IMG/VR virus record: IMGVR_UViG_3300042350_005891
Source: an uncultured virus (IMG/VR IMGVR_UViG_3300042350_005891)
Lineage: Duplodnaviria > Heunggongvirae > Uroviricota > Caudoviricetes
DNA: 64,000 nucleotides
Reading direction: 5' to 3' (one strand)
Shown here piece by piece: positions 9,567 through 19,286 of this stretch. Position numbers and translations under genes: made by a program. The notes beneath the pieces were generated by a model. The model searched no databases. It saw nothing but the letters and a program-made list of their open reading frames with translations, and had not been told where the DNA came from. Position 1 is the stretch's first letter, and the number at the start of each line of letters is the position of its first letter.

Positions 9567-9795
9567 CGGTCAATAACTCCGCCCGAACGCGTTCGACGTA
9601 GTCCAGGCATTTCATAACAAGTTTTGTTTCCTCGGCGTTGAGGTTGTCGAAGTCACCGATCTCGCAGGCTTGGTGCATGGCAGTCCCACGTTGGGTGACA
9701 ATATGGACCTCGCCGTCTTTTTTCGGTTCGTATCCCGGGCAGAGTTCCCGGCTCTTGAGAGTGCTTGGGCTATATCTTGCGTGTGAAGTGTCCAT
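9559..9795 (-). CDS. DUF2800/Cas4-like nuclease, N-terminal part
   Basis: HARYSPS...CPG...RGTAMH matches the N-terminus of this nuclease family. Confidence 0.8.
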   Translation of the reverse strand: MDTSHARYSPSTLKSRELCPGYEPKKDGEVHIVTQRGTAMHQACEIGDFDNLNAEETKLVMKCLDYVERVRAELLTDA

Positions 9796-9808
9796 TAGCG
9801 TGCCGCGT

Positions 9809-9836
9809 ATTGTGATGTTTAAAATGTAAACGTCAA
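9809..9836 (-). promoter_or_regulatory. sigma70-type promoter
   Basis: TTGACG-16 bp-CACAAT, 13 nt before ATG 9795. Confidence 0.65.
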
Positions 9837-9837
9837 G

Positions 9838-11142
9838 TTAATTATGCGTGAGGAGATCGCCGTCATTTAACAACTCGATGTTCTTGAGTTTTCTGCGGAC
9901 CGCGTGGCTGACTTCCTCCTCGACGGAATTGGCCGCAAAGAGAATGTACTGTAGGGCCGGGGATTTCGCTCCCGACCGGTGAATCCGGCCAAGGGCCTGT
10001 TTCAAGTCAATCGCTGAGTATGTCGGGCTGATCAGGGAAACCCGAGGTCTTCCGTTCAAGTCGTGGAGGCTAACCCCGACCCCGCCAGCCGCGATCTGGC
10101 AAACCAGAAAATGATGGGCGTTGGATTGGAAGGCGTTTACCGCGTCCTGCCGGTCGGCTTCCGACTGGTCGCCGGCAATATGTATCGGCTGGTACTTTTC
10201 CATTTTTTCCATAAGGGCGTCCAATGTCTGCCTAAAGTTGACGAAGCACACCACGCTTTTTCCCTCGGAGATGAACTCCTCGGCCATCTCCACCATGACC
10301 GGGACCCGCAAAAGCTCGATTTCCTGGCGCATACGAAGGCGCTTGGTAAGCGGGCTTTCCGGGTCTCGATCGCTCAAAGCCTTGCTTTTCAACTCCGCTA
10401 TTTCCTTTTCGACCTCTTCGTAAAGTTCCCCGATCCTGGGAGAGATGTCGAAAGTCTGGGCGTTAACCTGGTTGGATGGGAAAGCGTCCCCAAGCTCGTC
10501 TATCTTTACCCGGACTCCCTTTTCTGGGAAGATTTTTGAATGGATGTCCACGAGCACTTTCTTTCCCCCTCGGAAAATGAACCCTCCCCAGGGAGCTTTG
10601 AGCACACCGTTTTTGTGGAGCCAGCTGAAGAAGTTGACGCCGTTGTGGAGCCCCAGGAGCCTTCCGGTGAACCGCATGTCGAGGGGACTTCCCGCGGCGG
10701 TTGCCGACAGCATTAGGATTTTGGATGGACGGGCCGCTTCGAGCATGGCCCCGTTCTGGGACTTGTAGCTCTTGCACCGGTGGACTTCGTCGAAGATAAA
10801 CAAAAAGTCCTTCGAAGCATTGGCCCATTCCCATTGCTTATTGCCCAGCTTTTTGAGGAATTTAGTTTTGCCGGTCCTGAGCTTTTCGTAGTTCAGCACA
10901 AACTCAGGTTGTAGCCCAAATGCGCTACACCATTCCCTCCAGGCCGGAAGGACAATCTTTGGGGCAATGATCGCAAACGGAAGGCCAAGATCCTTGGCGA
11001 CGGAGCAGGCCGTTACGGTCTTGCCCGTTCCGGTGTCAGAACAATCGAGAGCGATCGAGTGGTTCCGAAGCGCCTGAAGTAAAGTGCTCTTCGCTTTCTC
11101 CTGCCACGGGTGCAGAACTACAGGCGTCGGAGTGTTTTTCAC
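9838..11142 (-). CDS. Superfamily 2 (SNF2-like) helicase
   Basis: DTGTGKT, DEVH, SAT, GGVGVSL, QALGRIHR. Confidence 0.9.
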   Translation of the reverse strand: MKNTPTPVVLHPWQEKAKSTLLQALRNHSIALDCSDTGTGKTVTACSVAKDLGLPFAIIAPKIVLPAWREWCSAFGLQPEFVLNYEKLRTGKTKFLKKLGNKQWEWANASKDFLFIFDEVHRCKSYKSQNGAMLEAARPSKILMLSATAAGSPLDMRFTGRLLGLHNGVNFFSWLHKNGVLKAPWGGFIFRGGKKVLVDIHSKIFPEKGVRVKIDELGDAFPSNQVNAQTFDISPRIGELYEEVEKEIAELKSKALSDRDPESPLTKRLRMRQEIELLRVPVMVEMAEEFISEGKSVVCFVNFRQTLDALMEKMEKYQPIHIAGDQSEADRQDAVNAFQSNAHHFLVCQIAAGGVGVSLHDLNGRPRVSLISPTYSAIDLKQALGRIHRSGAKSPALQYILFAANSVEEEVSHAVRRKLKNIELLNDGDLLTHN

Positions 11143-11437
11143 GGACTAGCGCCAACCAATCTTCCGCAAGCATCGTAACAAGCCACGGGCGCTTGTTTTT
11201 TCGATGGGCCACGACAGGCACTTGTTTCCCACAATCTCGTTGGGCCTGTTCCATAGCTTTATCAATGTTGAGGGCCTCAACCCGCTTGACCTCAAAATGG
11301 AACGGGAGGTTGGAGACCACGTCCGGGCTTTCCGGGCTACCTGAGAACTGACGGCCCCTGCGGGCTTCGAAGCCTTTTTCCTTGAGGACGTCGCGCCACT
11401 CACGCTCCCCAACCTTTCCTTTTTGACAACTGTTCAC
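11036..11437 (-). CDS. Holliday junction resolvase-like PD-(D/E)XK nuclease (Hjc type)
   Basis: KGKVGERE...PDVV...EVKR. Confidence 0.8.
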   Translation of the reverse strand: MNSCQKGKVGEREWRDVLKEKGFEARRGRQFSGSPESPDVVSNLPFHFEVKRVEALNIDKAMEQAQRDCGKQVPVVAHRKNKRPWLVTMLAEDWLALVREKHSDACSSAPVAGESEEHFTSGASEPLDRSRLF

Positions 11438-11466
11438 GGTTCATATGTGTTCCCAAGCGTCCGGCC

Positions 11467-11509
11467 AGACTGAACTTAAATTGACAACTGTCAAGTCATT
11501 ATGCAGAGT
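11467..11509. promoter_or_regulatory. Overlapping divergent promoters centred on the palindrome TTGACAACTGTCAA
   Basis: Plus strand TTGACA-17-CAGAGT; minus strand TTGACA-16-CAGTCT; located at the strand switch. Confidence 0.7.
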
Positions 11510-13234
11510 GGCCGCTTGCCTATTGAGAAATATGGAAAGTCCTGGCCCGACGGGGCCAGCGATCTCGACATCGAATTGCTCGCCTTCAAGTGGGGATTGC
11601 GCCCCGAGGATGGAGGATTGGGCAAGGCCCAGCATTTTAAAAACGCGGTCAACATCCTGTGGCCCTACCATGCCAAGAAAAACAAAAACGGATTCAACTG
11701 GCATCCCTGGGCGGACTGGATGATCGAACGGGCGTGCGAGCATAATTACCTGGCCATCTCCGGCCCGAAGTCCTCGGCCAAGACCTCGACTCTGGCCATG
11801 TGGGGTTTGGTCAACTGGCTATGCGCTCCGCATGAAACCCTCGTCCTTGTAACCACCACATCCGTCCGAGAAGCAAGGAAGCGTTTATGGGGCTCCATTC
11901 GTGAGCGGTACATGCAGGTTCCGGGTCTGCCGGGCAAGCTGATCGACTCGATGGGTAAGATCGTTCTTAACCCGGACGAGGCGGGAGAAGCCAGCGACCG
12001 ATCCTCGATTACCCTGGTTCCCTCCAGCCCTGACAAGGAAAAGGAAGCCACGGCGAAACTGATCGGTCTGAAAAACAAACGGGTTCTCCTGATTATTGAC
12101 GAGGCGACCGACGTGACAAACTCTGTTTTTGAGGCAATTAACAATCTTAACGCCAACCCGTACTTTCAGTGCGTCGCACTAGGTAACTTCAATTCCCAGT
12201 ACGATCCGTTCGGTGTTTTCTCTACGCCCAAGGACGGGTGGAATTCGGTCACCGTCGATTCGGAAGAGTGGGACACCAAACTCGGCAAGTGCATCCACCT
12301 GGACGGCATCAAGACTCCTAACATCGAGCACAACGATAAGTGGCCCTTTTTGCTGACATCCAAGCAGGTCAAATACGCCATCGAAAACGAGGGCGAAAAC
12401 TCCCTGTCCTTCTGGCGGTTTATTCGGTCCTTTCCGGCCCCGGTAGGTGCGGAGGAAGGTATTTATTCGGAAGCCGATTTTAGGAAGTACGACGTGACCC
12501 GAGAGCCTAGGTGGGTCGGCCAACCCCTGTTTCTGGCCGGGTTCGATCCGGCCTTTACCAACGGGGGCGACCGGTCGGTATTAGCCATCCTTAAGTACGG
12601 GCAAAGTGAAGAAGCCGGGCCGTCTGTTTGCCTGCACAGGTTTCATTACTTGCGGGAGGACGTCACTAAGCCCGAGCCAAGAAACTTTCAGATTGCCCGG
12701 GAAGTCATGCGGATCTGCCAGGAGAACGGGGTTCCGCCGGAACGGGTGGCAATCGACGCCACCGGAGCCGGCGACCCTTTCTGCGACATTCTTTCGGAAA
12801 TCTGGTCTCAACGTATATTGCGGATCAAGTTTGGTGAGAAGGCATCCAGCCTGCCGGTAAGCATAACCAACCCCATCAAGGGAACCGAGAAGTATACCAA
12901 CCGGGTTACCGAGTTATGGTTTTCAGGGGTGGAGTATATGAGAGCCAATCAGCTTAAGGGGATTTTACCCGATTTGGCGAAGGAGATGACCGGACGTAAG
13001 TATATGACAACATCCGGGGGCAAGGTCACCGTGGAGCCCAAGCGTGATTATAAGTTAAGGCTAGGCAGATCGCCCGACTTGGCTGACGCCTTCTTTCTGG
13101 GCCTCGACCTGGCCCGGCAACGGCTAGGTATCCAGGCAGGGTCACTGGTCGGGGGGAAAGCCAGGTCTTCCTGGATCGAGCAGGCCAGGAAGCTGGACTC
13201 TGCCATATCCCCCAGTTCCTTTTTATCCGAGTAA
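11501..13234 (+). CDS. terL: Terminase large subunit
   Basis: Walker A GPKSSAKT, Walker B IIDEA, nuclease motifs GFDPA, AIDATG and RSPDLADA; true start may be TTG 11516. Confidence 0.9.
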   Translation: MQSGRLPIEKYGKSWPDGASDLDIELLAFKWGLRPEDGGLGKAQHFKNAVNILWPYHAKKNKNGFNWHPWADWMIERACEHNYLAISGPKSSAKTSTLAMWGLVNWLCAPHETLVLVTTTSVREARKRLWGSIRERYMQVPGLPGKLIDSMGKIVLNPDEAGEASDRSSITLVPSSPDKEKEATAKLIGLKNKRVLLIIDEATDVTNSVFEAINNLNANPYFQCVALGNFNSQYDPFGVFSTPKDGWNSVTVDSEEWDTKLGKCIHLDGIKTPNIEHNDKWPFLLTSKQVKYAIENEGENSLSFWRFIRSFPAPVGAEEGIYSEADFRKYDVTREPRWVGQPLFLAGFDPAFTNGGDRSVLAILKYGQSEEAGPSVCLHRFHYLREDVTKPEPRNFQIAREVMRICQENGVPPERVAIDATGAGDPFCDILSEIWSQRILRIKFGEKASSLPVSITNPIKGTEKYTNRVTELWFSGVEYMRANQLKGILPDLAKEMTGRKYMTTSGGKVTVEPKRDYKLRLGRSPDLADAFFLGLDLARQRLGIQAGSLVGGKARSSWIEQARKLDSAISPSSFLSE

Positions 13235-13241
13235 ATCGTGA

Positions 13242-13270
13242 TTGACAGGCCGTAGGCATTTATCCATACT
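13242..13270 (+). promoter_or_regulatory. sigma70-type promoter
   Basis: TTGACA-17-CATACT, 10 nt before GTG 13281. Confidence 0.65.
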
Positions 13271-13280
13271 GGATGGACTT

Positions 13281-15557
13281 GTGGACGAAAAACTCTTTCT
13301 AAACCCCGAATCCGGAGATGCCGACGGGCTTCTGACTTTAACCAAAAGCGGAAAAGCTCCGAAAACCCGCATCACAAATCATGCCGGACTTTACGGCATT
13401 TATCAGAATCTTTACCTGGCCGACGAGCAGTCGGCAAAGGATCGCACGCGCATCATGGACATGTTCGACGGCGCGGCTCCTTACGATCCGATTGTTCTTC
13501 GCCGGCTCGGTCAGGCGTACCGCGCCAATCTTAACTTCGGCGAAGCCGCCGCTGATTTGGAGAAAGCCCTTTCCGCGTACAACGACCTTGTTACCTCCGT
13601 TGACCGCTTGGTCAATGTAAAGACCAAGTTCGGTGACGAGAGCCAGCGCGAAGAATACGGCTCGATTATTTCCGAGGAGTTCCACCGGATTCTTTCAAAA
13701 GACTGGCCCGCGTTTTATTTCCGCCAGCAATTGCTTTCCTACTACTTCATCGCCCAAGGCTTGGCCGTCGCTTTCTTCGAAGATGAGCGTAACTGGCAGT
13801 GGAACATCTGCCCGATTGGTGATTTCCTTATCCCCCGCGGAACTCCCGCGACTGAGGACAAAGTGGAAATCGCTTGCGTCCGCCGGATTTACCTGACCCA
13901 CGAACTTTACAAGTATATCGAGAACGAAAAAGTAGCGAAGGAAGCCGGATGGAATGTGGACGCAGTGAAGCAGGCGATTCGCGATGCTACTACCACCCTC
14001 CCGGTTGATTCCTACAATTGGGAAGAAATTCAGCGCGAACTCAAGAATAACGATCTTTATTTTGCTCACGTTCGTAGCCGTGAAGTTCATGTGGTTCATT
14101 ACTACGTTCGGGAGTTTGACGGCTCTTATTCCCACGCCATTGGGCGGCGCGACGGGGTGGGCGATTTTCTGTTCAAGAAACTCCATCGTTTTAAGAGCGC
14201 TTCAGAAGCGTTCCACATTTTCACGTACGGCGTGGGTAACGGGCAGTATCATTCCATCCGCGGATTGGGCTACAAGATTTTCCCCCATATCCAAATGACC
14301 AATCGTCTGCGTTGCGCCATGGCCGACGGAGCCATGTTGCAGACCTCAGTTCTCCTGCAACCGCAATCCGCCGAAGATGTTTCCCGTATGACAATGGCCT
14401 ACTCCGGCCCGCTTTCATTCTTGCCCCCGGGCCTTCAAGTGGTAAAAACCGACTACCCGAATTTAGCGGCTGGGGTCATGCCTATCGTAAACGAAATGGC
14501 AATGGTGCGCCAGAGCAACACCGGATCGTACCGCACCCAGATGAACGCGGCTGGTGGCAACCCCAGAACCGCCACCGAAGTCGAAGCCCAGATTGCCAAC
14601 GAAGCCATACTAAGTGCGAACTCTCTCAACCTGTTTTATGTTCCGTGGGGAAGGTTGCTCCGCGAGCAGTTCCGCCGGTTGCAACGGGATACCTGGATTA
14701 GTGGTGAGCCCGGTGCTGAGGAAGCCAAAAAGTTCCGCAAGCGGCTGGAAGAACGCGGAGTTCCGTGGCAGGCGGTTAAGGAAGTGTATGATGTTGATGC
14801 AGTACGGGCGGTTGGTCTTGGCTCCCCTGCGGCGCGTCTCACCGCCTTTAACGAATTTATGCAGTTGCTCCCTCGGTTTGACGAGGTGGGTCAAGTCAAT
14901 GCAATCCGCGATCGCGTCGCCGCTCGTGTCGGTTACGAGCAGGTTGACCGCTACATCCCCAATCCGACCGTCAAGAATCGTATTCCGGTGGACGCCAAGA
15001 TTGCGGAGCTTGAAAACGGTTCGATGCAGGCCGGCAAGATGGTCACGGTGATGCCCAATGAAAACCACGCCATCCATCTGACTGTCCACCTCAAGGAAAC
15101 CCAGCCTGTTGTTGAGGCCGTCCAAAACGGTCAGGTTCAAGATAAGCAGGGAACGATGATGTATCTGACGATGGTTTACGAGCACTGCAACGATCATCTT
15201 ACCCGTATTGCTGGAGACAAAACGAAGCAGGCGGAAATTGGTCAGGCCAATCTAGCCATGAACCTTCTCCGCGAAGCAGTCGTCAATTTGCAACGTGATG
15301 TTGAGCAAGATATCCGGGCAGCGGCTGAGGCCCAGCAACAGGCGGCTTTGGAGCAGGGCGCAATCCAGCCGATTTCACCTCAGATGCAAATGAAAATGCA
15401 AGAACACCAGCTTGACATGCAACTCAAACAAGAGAGAGCGGCTTTGGATGCCCGATTTAAAGAACTGGAATTAAAGCAAAAATTAGCTTTACAAGACGCT
15501 CAAACAGCGGCTAACCTTCGTTCCGCGTTTGAGAAATCTAGCGCACCCACCGCATGA
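13281..15557 (+). CDS. Portal protein (P22-like size)
   Basis: Follows TerL; RTATEV motif; C-terminal Gln-rich coiled coil. Confidence 0.7.
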   Translation: MDEKLFLNPESGDADGLLTLTKSGKAPKTRITNHAGLYGIYQNLYLADEQSAKDRTRIMDMFDGAAPYDPIVLRRLGQAYRANLNFGEAAADLEKALSAYNDLVTSVDRLVNVKTKFGDESQREEYGSIISEEFHRILSKDWPAFYFRQQLLSYYFIAQGLAVAFFEDERNWQWNICPIGDFLIPRGTPATEDKVEIACVRRIYLTHELYKYIENEKVAKEAGWNVDAVKQAIRDATTTLPVDSYNWEEIQRELKNNDLYFAHVRSREVHVVHYYVREFDGSYSHAIGRRDGVGDFLFKKLHRFKSASEAFHIFTYGVGNGQYHSIRGLGYKIFPHIQMTNRLRCAMADGAMLQTSVLLQPQSAEDVSRMTMAYSGPLSFLPPGLQVVKTDYPNLAAGVMPIVNEMAMVRQSNTGSYRTQMNAAGGNPRTATEVEAQIANEAILSANSLNLFYVPWGRLLREQFRRLQRDTWISGEPGAEEAKKFRKRLEERGVPWQAVKEVYDVDAVRAVGLGSPAARLTAFNEFMQLLPRFDEVGQVNAIRDRVAARVGYEQVDRYIPNPTVKNRIPVDAKIAELENGSMQAGKMVTVMPNENHAIHLTVHLKETQPVVEAVQNGQVQDKQGTMMYLTMVYEHCNDHLTRIAGDKTKQAEIGQANLAMNLLREAVVNLQRDVEQDIRAAAEAQQQAALEQGAIQPISPQMQMKMQEHQLDMQLKQERAALDARFKELELKQKLALQDAQTAANLRSAFEKSSAPTA

Positions 15558-15844
15558 CATTAAAAGACTGGAACAACAGACAAGATCTTAAAAAAGCCTG
15601 GAAAGCCTTCTATGGTTCTGAGGCCGGGAAGTCTCTTAAAAACGTTTTGTTTTCCCTCGGCGCCCCTGCGCCTGTCATGCCTCCCCCGGGAGTTGATTTC
15701 ATTGATTGGAACGCGAGTCTCAACACACGTCGCGAAGGTTATTTTGAAGCCATTCGTTTGTTAGACGCACTTTCAGAAGATTCCACACTGCCGGAAGAAC
15801 TCCCGGCACCATGGGAAGTAGAAACAAAAACAAACCAAGAGTAA
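15554..15844 (+). CDS. Hypothetical head-module protein
   Basis: Lies between portal and scaffold; FYGSEAGK segment. Confidence 0.65.
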   Translation: MTLKDWNNRQDLKKAWKAFYGSEAGKSLKNVLFSLGAPAPVMPPPGVDFIDWNASLNTRREGYFEAIRLLDALSEDSTLPEELPAPWEVETKTNQE

Positions 15845-15858
15845 GGAACAAATAAACT

Positions 15859-17055
15859 ATGAGCGAAACAGCCACTGCCCAACCTAACGCCGATATTGGA
15901 TTTGCCGACGCTTTAGACGCCGGAATCCAGGGATTGGATAATCCCACACCGGAAGCACCGATTCAACCCGCGCAAGAAGTTTCCAAGCCCGCTGAAGTGG
16001 CTCAGAAACCTGTTGCCGAGAAAGTTGCCCCTGCCGTTGAGTCGAATCCTTTGGATGTGCTGACCAAACGGCTGACCGGCCAGGAAGAAGCCGCCAAGGA
16101 CAAGACGGCTCCCGCGGACGATTTGGACATCAAAACCCCGGAGAATCTCAAACCCGAAGCCCAGACCGCATGGGCCCGGCTGACAAAGGATCTTCGCGAC
16201 GCCCGTACGAAGTTAAAGGAACTTGAGGCGAAAACCGCCCAAGCTCCCGCAAACTCCGTCGAGCAGGTTGATTTGAAGGCCCAGCTTGACGCCCTCAAGC
16301 AGGAGCGGGACGAGTATGAGAGCGAGCTTCGTTTCGCCCGTTTGGAGTCCACCAAGGAATACAAACAGGCCGTTACAGAACCGCTTTCGGTCATCCAGAA
16401 GGAAGTGGCCGATATTGCTGGAATCTACGAAGCCGATCCCCGCGCCATTTACTCGGCCATGGTCGAGCCTGATGCCGCAAAGCGCCGCGCCCTACTCAAG
16501 GAAGCAACCGCCAACTTTGACCCGGTCGACTCTCTCGCCGTCCGAGCCAAGGCCGAGGAGCTTCAGAAAGTGTTTGAGCGCCGGGATATCCTCACCAAGG
16601 ACGTTAAAACCGTTTTGGAAATGCTCGAGAACGAGGAACGCACCGAAATGGAGACGTTTCAAAAACGTTCCCAGGAGGAGCTCACCACCGCCTATAAGAC
16701 TGAATGGGAAAACATGCAGAAGGAGAACCCGCTTCTCCGTCCTATCGAGGACAACGAAGCGTGGAACAACACCCTCAAAACCATTGAGTCCAAGGCTCTC
16801 GAGATTGAAAACACGGAACTCGATCCTCGGTCGAAGGCACGGCTTACCTTTAACGCCGCCGCCATGCCGGTCGTAATGCAGTTGTTCCAGGACTATGTTT
16901 CCAAGACGCAGACCCGTATTAGCGAGCTCGAAAAGACTGCCAAAGAGCTACGGTCAACGATCCCCTCGGTCGGAGCCGAAACCGGTTCCGCCCCTGAGAT
17001 CGCCGCCGACTTGGGCTTCCTGGACGCCTTGGAGCGCGGTCTGGGTAAAAAATAG
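15859..17055 (+). CDS. Capsid scaffolding protein
   Basis: Acidic Pro/Ala-rich N-terminus and coiled coils; directly upstream of the major capsid gene. Confidence 0.7.
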   Translation: MSETATAQPNADIGFADALDAGIQGLDNPTPEAPIQPAQEVSKPAEVAQKPVAEKVAPAVESNPLDVLTKRLTGQEEAAKDKTAPADDLDIKTPENLKPEAQTAWARLTKDLRDARTKLKELEAKTAQAPANSVEQVDLKAQLDALKQERDEYESELRFARLESTKEYKQAVTEPLSVIQKEVADIAGIYEADPRAIYSAMVEPDAAKRRALLKEATANFDPVDSLAVRAKAEELQKVFERRDILTKDVKTVLEMLENEERTEMETFQKRSQEELTTAYKTEWENMQKENPLLRPIEDNEAWNNTLKTIESKALEIENTELDPRSKARLTFNAAAMPVVMQLFQDYVSKTQTRISELEKTAKELRSTIPSVGAETGSAPEIAADLGFLDALERGLGKK

Positions 17056-17068
17056 TTGTTAAAAGGTA

Positions 17069-17096
17069 TTGACACGTTCCACCCGGTTGATACTTT
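17069..17096 (+). promoter_or_regulatory. sigma70-type promoter of the capsid operon
   Basis: TTGACA-16-TACTTT with an extended TG. Confidence 0.65.
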
Positions 17097-17099
17097 TAA

Positions 17100-17295
17100 C
17101 TTGTTCGGTACAGGTATAAAGACTGAGACCCTTGCTGAACAAGACCTATAAAGATTGAAATGGTCAAAACTTCGGGCATTAAAAGCTCTGGGATGCCGCC
17201 AGGGAATAGTTTTGAGTGTGGTAAGAGCGAATAGCTCCGAGTGGAGTTAACGCTACTGCCGCAAATCATAACATCCCTTGCGCGAGCGGGGGATG
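17100..17295 (+). ncRNA. Structured RNA or 5' leader upstream of the capsid gene
   Basis: Five consecutive stem-loops with many G·U pairs; repeated loop AUAAAGAYUGA; GCGA tetraloop. Confidence 0.65.
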
Positions 17296-17317
17296 GATGA
17301 AAGGATAACTAACTAAA

Positions 17318-18718
17318 ATGGCTACTACGTACTCCATCGAGCAGTTGCTCGTGAAGGAAGCTGGCCGTATCGGACCGGAGATTTATCGCCGGACGATCGA
17401 CACTTCCGCTTGGCTCAAGCTGACGAAGCAAGAGCAGTTCCCCGACGAAATGGGTGATGTGATCAGCTCGATGACTTTCGAGCGGTTCTTCCCCTCCGCC
17501 TCCATCAACACCTCGACTGGCACTGTTTCCGGATATCAATCCGGTGAAGTGACCGGCTCGGCTGGTGCTGGCTGGCGTAAACTCGGGTCCAACACCGTTG
17601 ACCAGGACTACACTGGTTTTAACCCCTACACCCAGACGATCTCTGGCGGAACCACCCCTCCGGTGGCTTCCACCAGCACTGCCGGTAACGTTCTTCCCGC
17701 CGCCCTCCAGGGCGTGACCTTCGGGCAGAAACTCCGTCAGTACAGCCTGGAGTGGGCCTCGGTCGAATCCCCCGACATCGCCCTCGAAGACTTGCGCTTC
17801 GCGGTCAAGCGTCGGGAACAGCTGTCCAACATCATGGACGTGCTGTCCGAAAGCACCTCGCTGATCTGGCAGGAACGCTATCGCGATCAGTATACCCGTA
17901 ACGTGACCACCGAGGGGAACCTGGTTCTCCCTGGTACGTCCGCTTCCGGTATCGTCGCGCAGGGCGCCACTGTCAACGCGGGCGCGGTTTACTACGCCGT
18001 TCTTAGCGGTGTGTACACCTCCGGCGTTTCCGGTGCCTTCACGACCACCACCAACACCCTTCCGCAGAGCCAGCTGACTCAGGGCATCCTGAAGCGGCTG
18101 TACATGAAGCTCGTCCGCGACGGCGCTGGACGCAACGCCATGGGCCGTGAGAACGGCGCTCCGGTGTTCATGCTGATCACCTCCGCTGAAACCAGCGAGT
18201 CGATCATCCGCTTGAACGCTGACATCCGGCAGGATTACCGTTATGCGAAGCCCAATGAACTCTTGACCCCCCTTGGTATCGAGCGTTCCTACGGTGGCTT
18301 CTACCACGCCATTGATCCGTATCCCCCGCGGTTCGTCGTCGGGACGGTTACCTCCACGAATGACTCGATCATCCGTGTGTATCCGTTCAAACGTTCGGTC
18401 ACCACGAAGGGTTACGCCTATGACGTCAATCCTCGCTACGAGACGGCTGACTACGAGTTGAGCTACATCTTCCATCAGGATGTGTTCCGCTCCGTCGTTC
18501 CGGCTCCGATCAACACCGCCAACAAGATGAGCTTCAACCCGCAGAATTACCGGGGTGAGTTCAAATGGGTCAACATCCTCGACCGGCAAACCAACCCGGA
18601 TGGTAACGTGGGTTACTTCCGTGGTGTGCTGGCCAACGGTGCGCGCCCGATCTTCCCGCAGTATGGTTATGCCATCCTGCACAAGCGGTCGCCGATCAGC
18701 CTCGATTACGTTAGCTAA
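17318..18718 (+). CDS. Major capsid protein
   Basis: 466 aa, downstream of the scaffold gene; strongly biased codon usage; Shine-Dalgarno AAAGGA. Confidence 0.8.
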   Translation: MATTYSIEQLLVKEAGRIGPEIYRRTIDTSAWLKLTKQEQFPDEMGDVISSMTFERFFPSASINTSTGTVSGYQSGEVTGSAGAGWRKLGSNTVDQDYTGFNPYTQTISGGTTPPVASTSTAGNVLPAALQGVTFGQKLRQYSLEWASVESPDIALEDLRFAVKRREQLSNIMDVLSESTSLIWQERYRDQYTRNVTTEGNLVLPGTSASGIVAQGATVNAGAVYYAVLSGVYTSGVSGAFTTTTNTLPQSQLTQGILKRLYMKLVRDGAGRNAMGRENGAPVFMLITSAETSESIIRLNADIRQDYRYAKPNELLTPLGIERSYGGFYHAIDPYPPRFVVGTVTSTNDSIIRVYPFKRSVTTKGYAYDVNPRYETADYELSYIFHQDVFRSVVPAPINTANKMSFNPQNYRGEFKWVNILDRQTNPDGNVGYFRGVLANGARPIFPQYGYAILHKRSPISLDYVS

Positions 18719-18738
18719 TTGAAGAAAGGAGAACTCTA

Positions 18739-18981
18739 ATGAGCTTTCCTCTTCAAGTCGCAACGCAGGACAATGTCCTGGCAGCGCAGGTTCGTAATGT
18801 TCTCGCCAATGGCGGGACCTGGACGGACACTGTTGCGCTGACAGCAGGGTCTGGCGTTACGAGCAACACGATCACGACGGTTGGTGCTGCGTTCAGCACC
18901 ACGGTCCTGGACAACAACTTCAAGTCCTTGGCCGCAAAGCTGAACGAACTGATCACCCTGATCAATAACGTAAATGCCTAA
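18739..18981 (+). CDS. Putative head decoration or head-fibre protein
   Basis: Strong Shine-Dalgarno; co-transcribed with the capsid gene before a terminator; LDNNFKSLAAKLNELI helix. Confidence 0.6.
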   Translation: MSFPLQVATQDNVLAAQVRNVLANGGTWTDTVALTAGSGVTSNTITTVGAAFSTTVLDNNFKSLAAKLNELITLINNVNA

Positions 18982-18988
18982 TTGAATC

Positions 18989-19028
18989 GATCCCCCCAGG
19001 GTTCATCCCCTGGGGGGATCTTTCTCTC
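18989..19028 (+). terminator. Rho-independent terminator
   Basis: GATCCCCCCAGGG...CCCTGGGGGGATC followed by TTTCTCT. Confidence 0.8.
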
Positions 19029-19040
19029 GAAAGGTTATAT

Positions 19041-19280
19041 ATGGATTACATTACTTTCCCCGTACCGTCTGGCTTTACTCCTCCGGAAGGCGTAAAAGAA
19101 GGCCAGTCGTTTGATTTTATGGCGAGTGGCTATTTCAAAGGCCCCACCATGTATCTTACCGCAGTTGAAGGTGTAGGAGTTGCCGCCGGCGAGGAAGCCG
19201 AAGCCCCCGAAGCCGAAGACATGGGCGAAGAGATGGGCATGGTTGAGGCGGTTGAAAAAGGCGTAGCCAAAGAAGCCTAA
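19041..19280 (+). CDS. Hypothetical acidic protein
   Basis: Shine-Dalgarno AAGG; C-terminus resembles that of the scaffold. Confidence 0.65.
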   Translation: MDYITFPVPSGFTPPEGVKEGQSFDFMASGYFKGPTMYLTAVEGVGVAAGEEAEAPEAEDMGEEMGMVEAVEKGVAKEA

Positions 19281-19286
19281 TTAGCC

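Noticed and set aside
8703..9795. Cas4 as evidence of a CRISPR system
   Set aside because: It is the common phage replication-module DUF2800 nuclease; there is no array or cas1
17309..18763. 484-aa antisense ORF over the capsid gene, and similar long antisense ORFs (7588-8697, 36284-37678, 41066-42346, 55973-57055)
   Set aside because: Shadow ORFs caused by codon bias of the sense gene; no recognisable motifs
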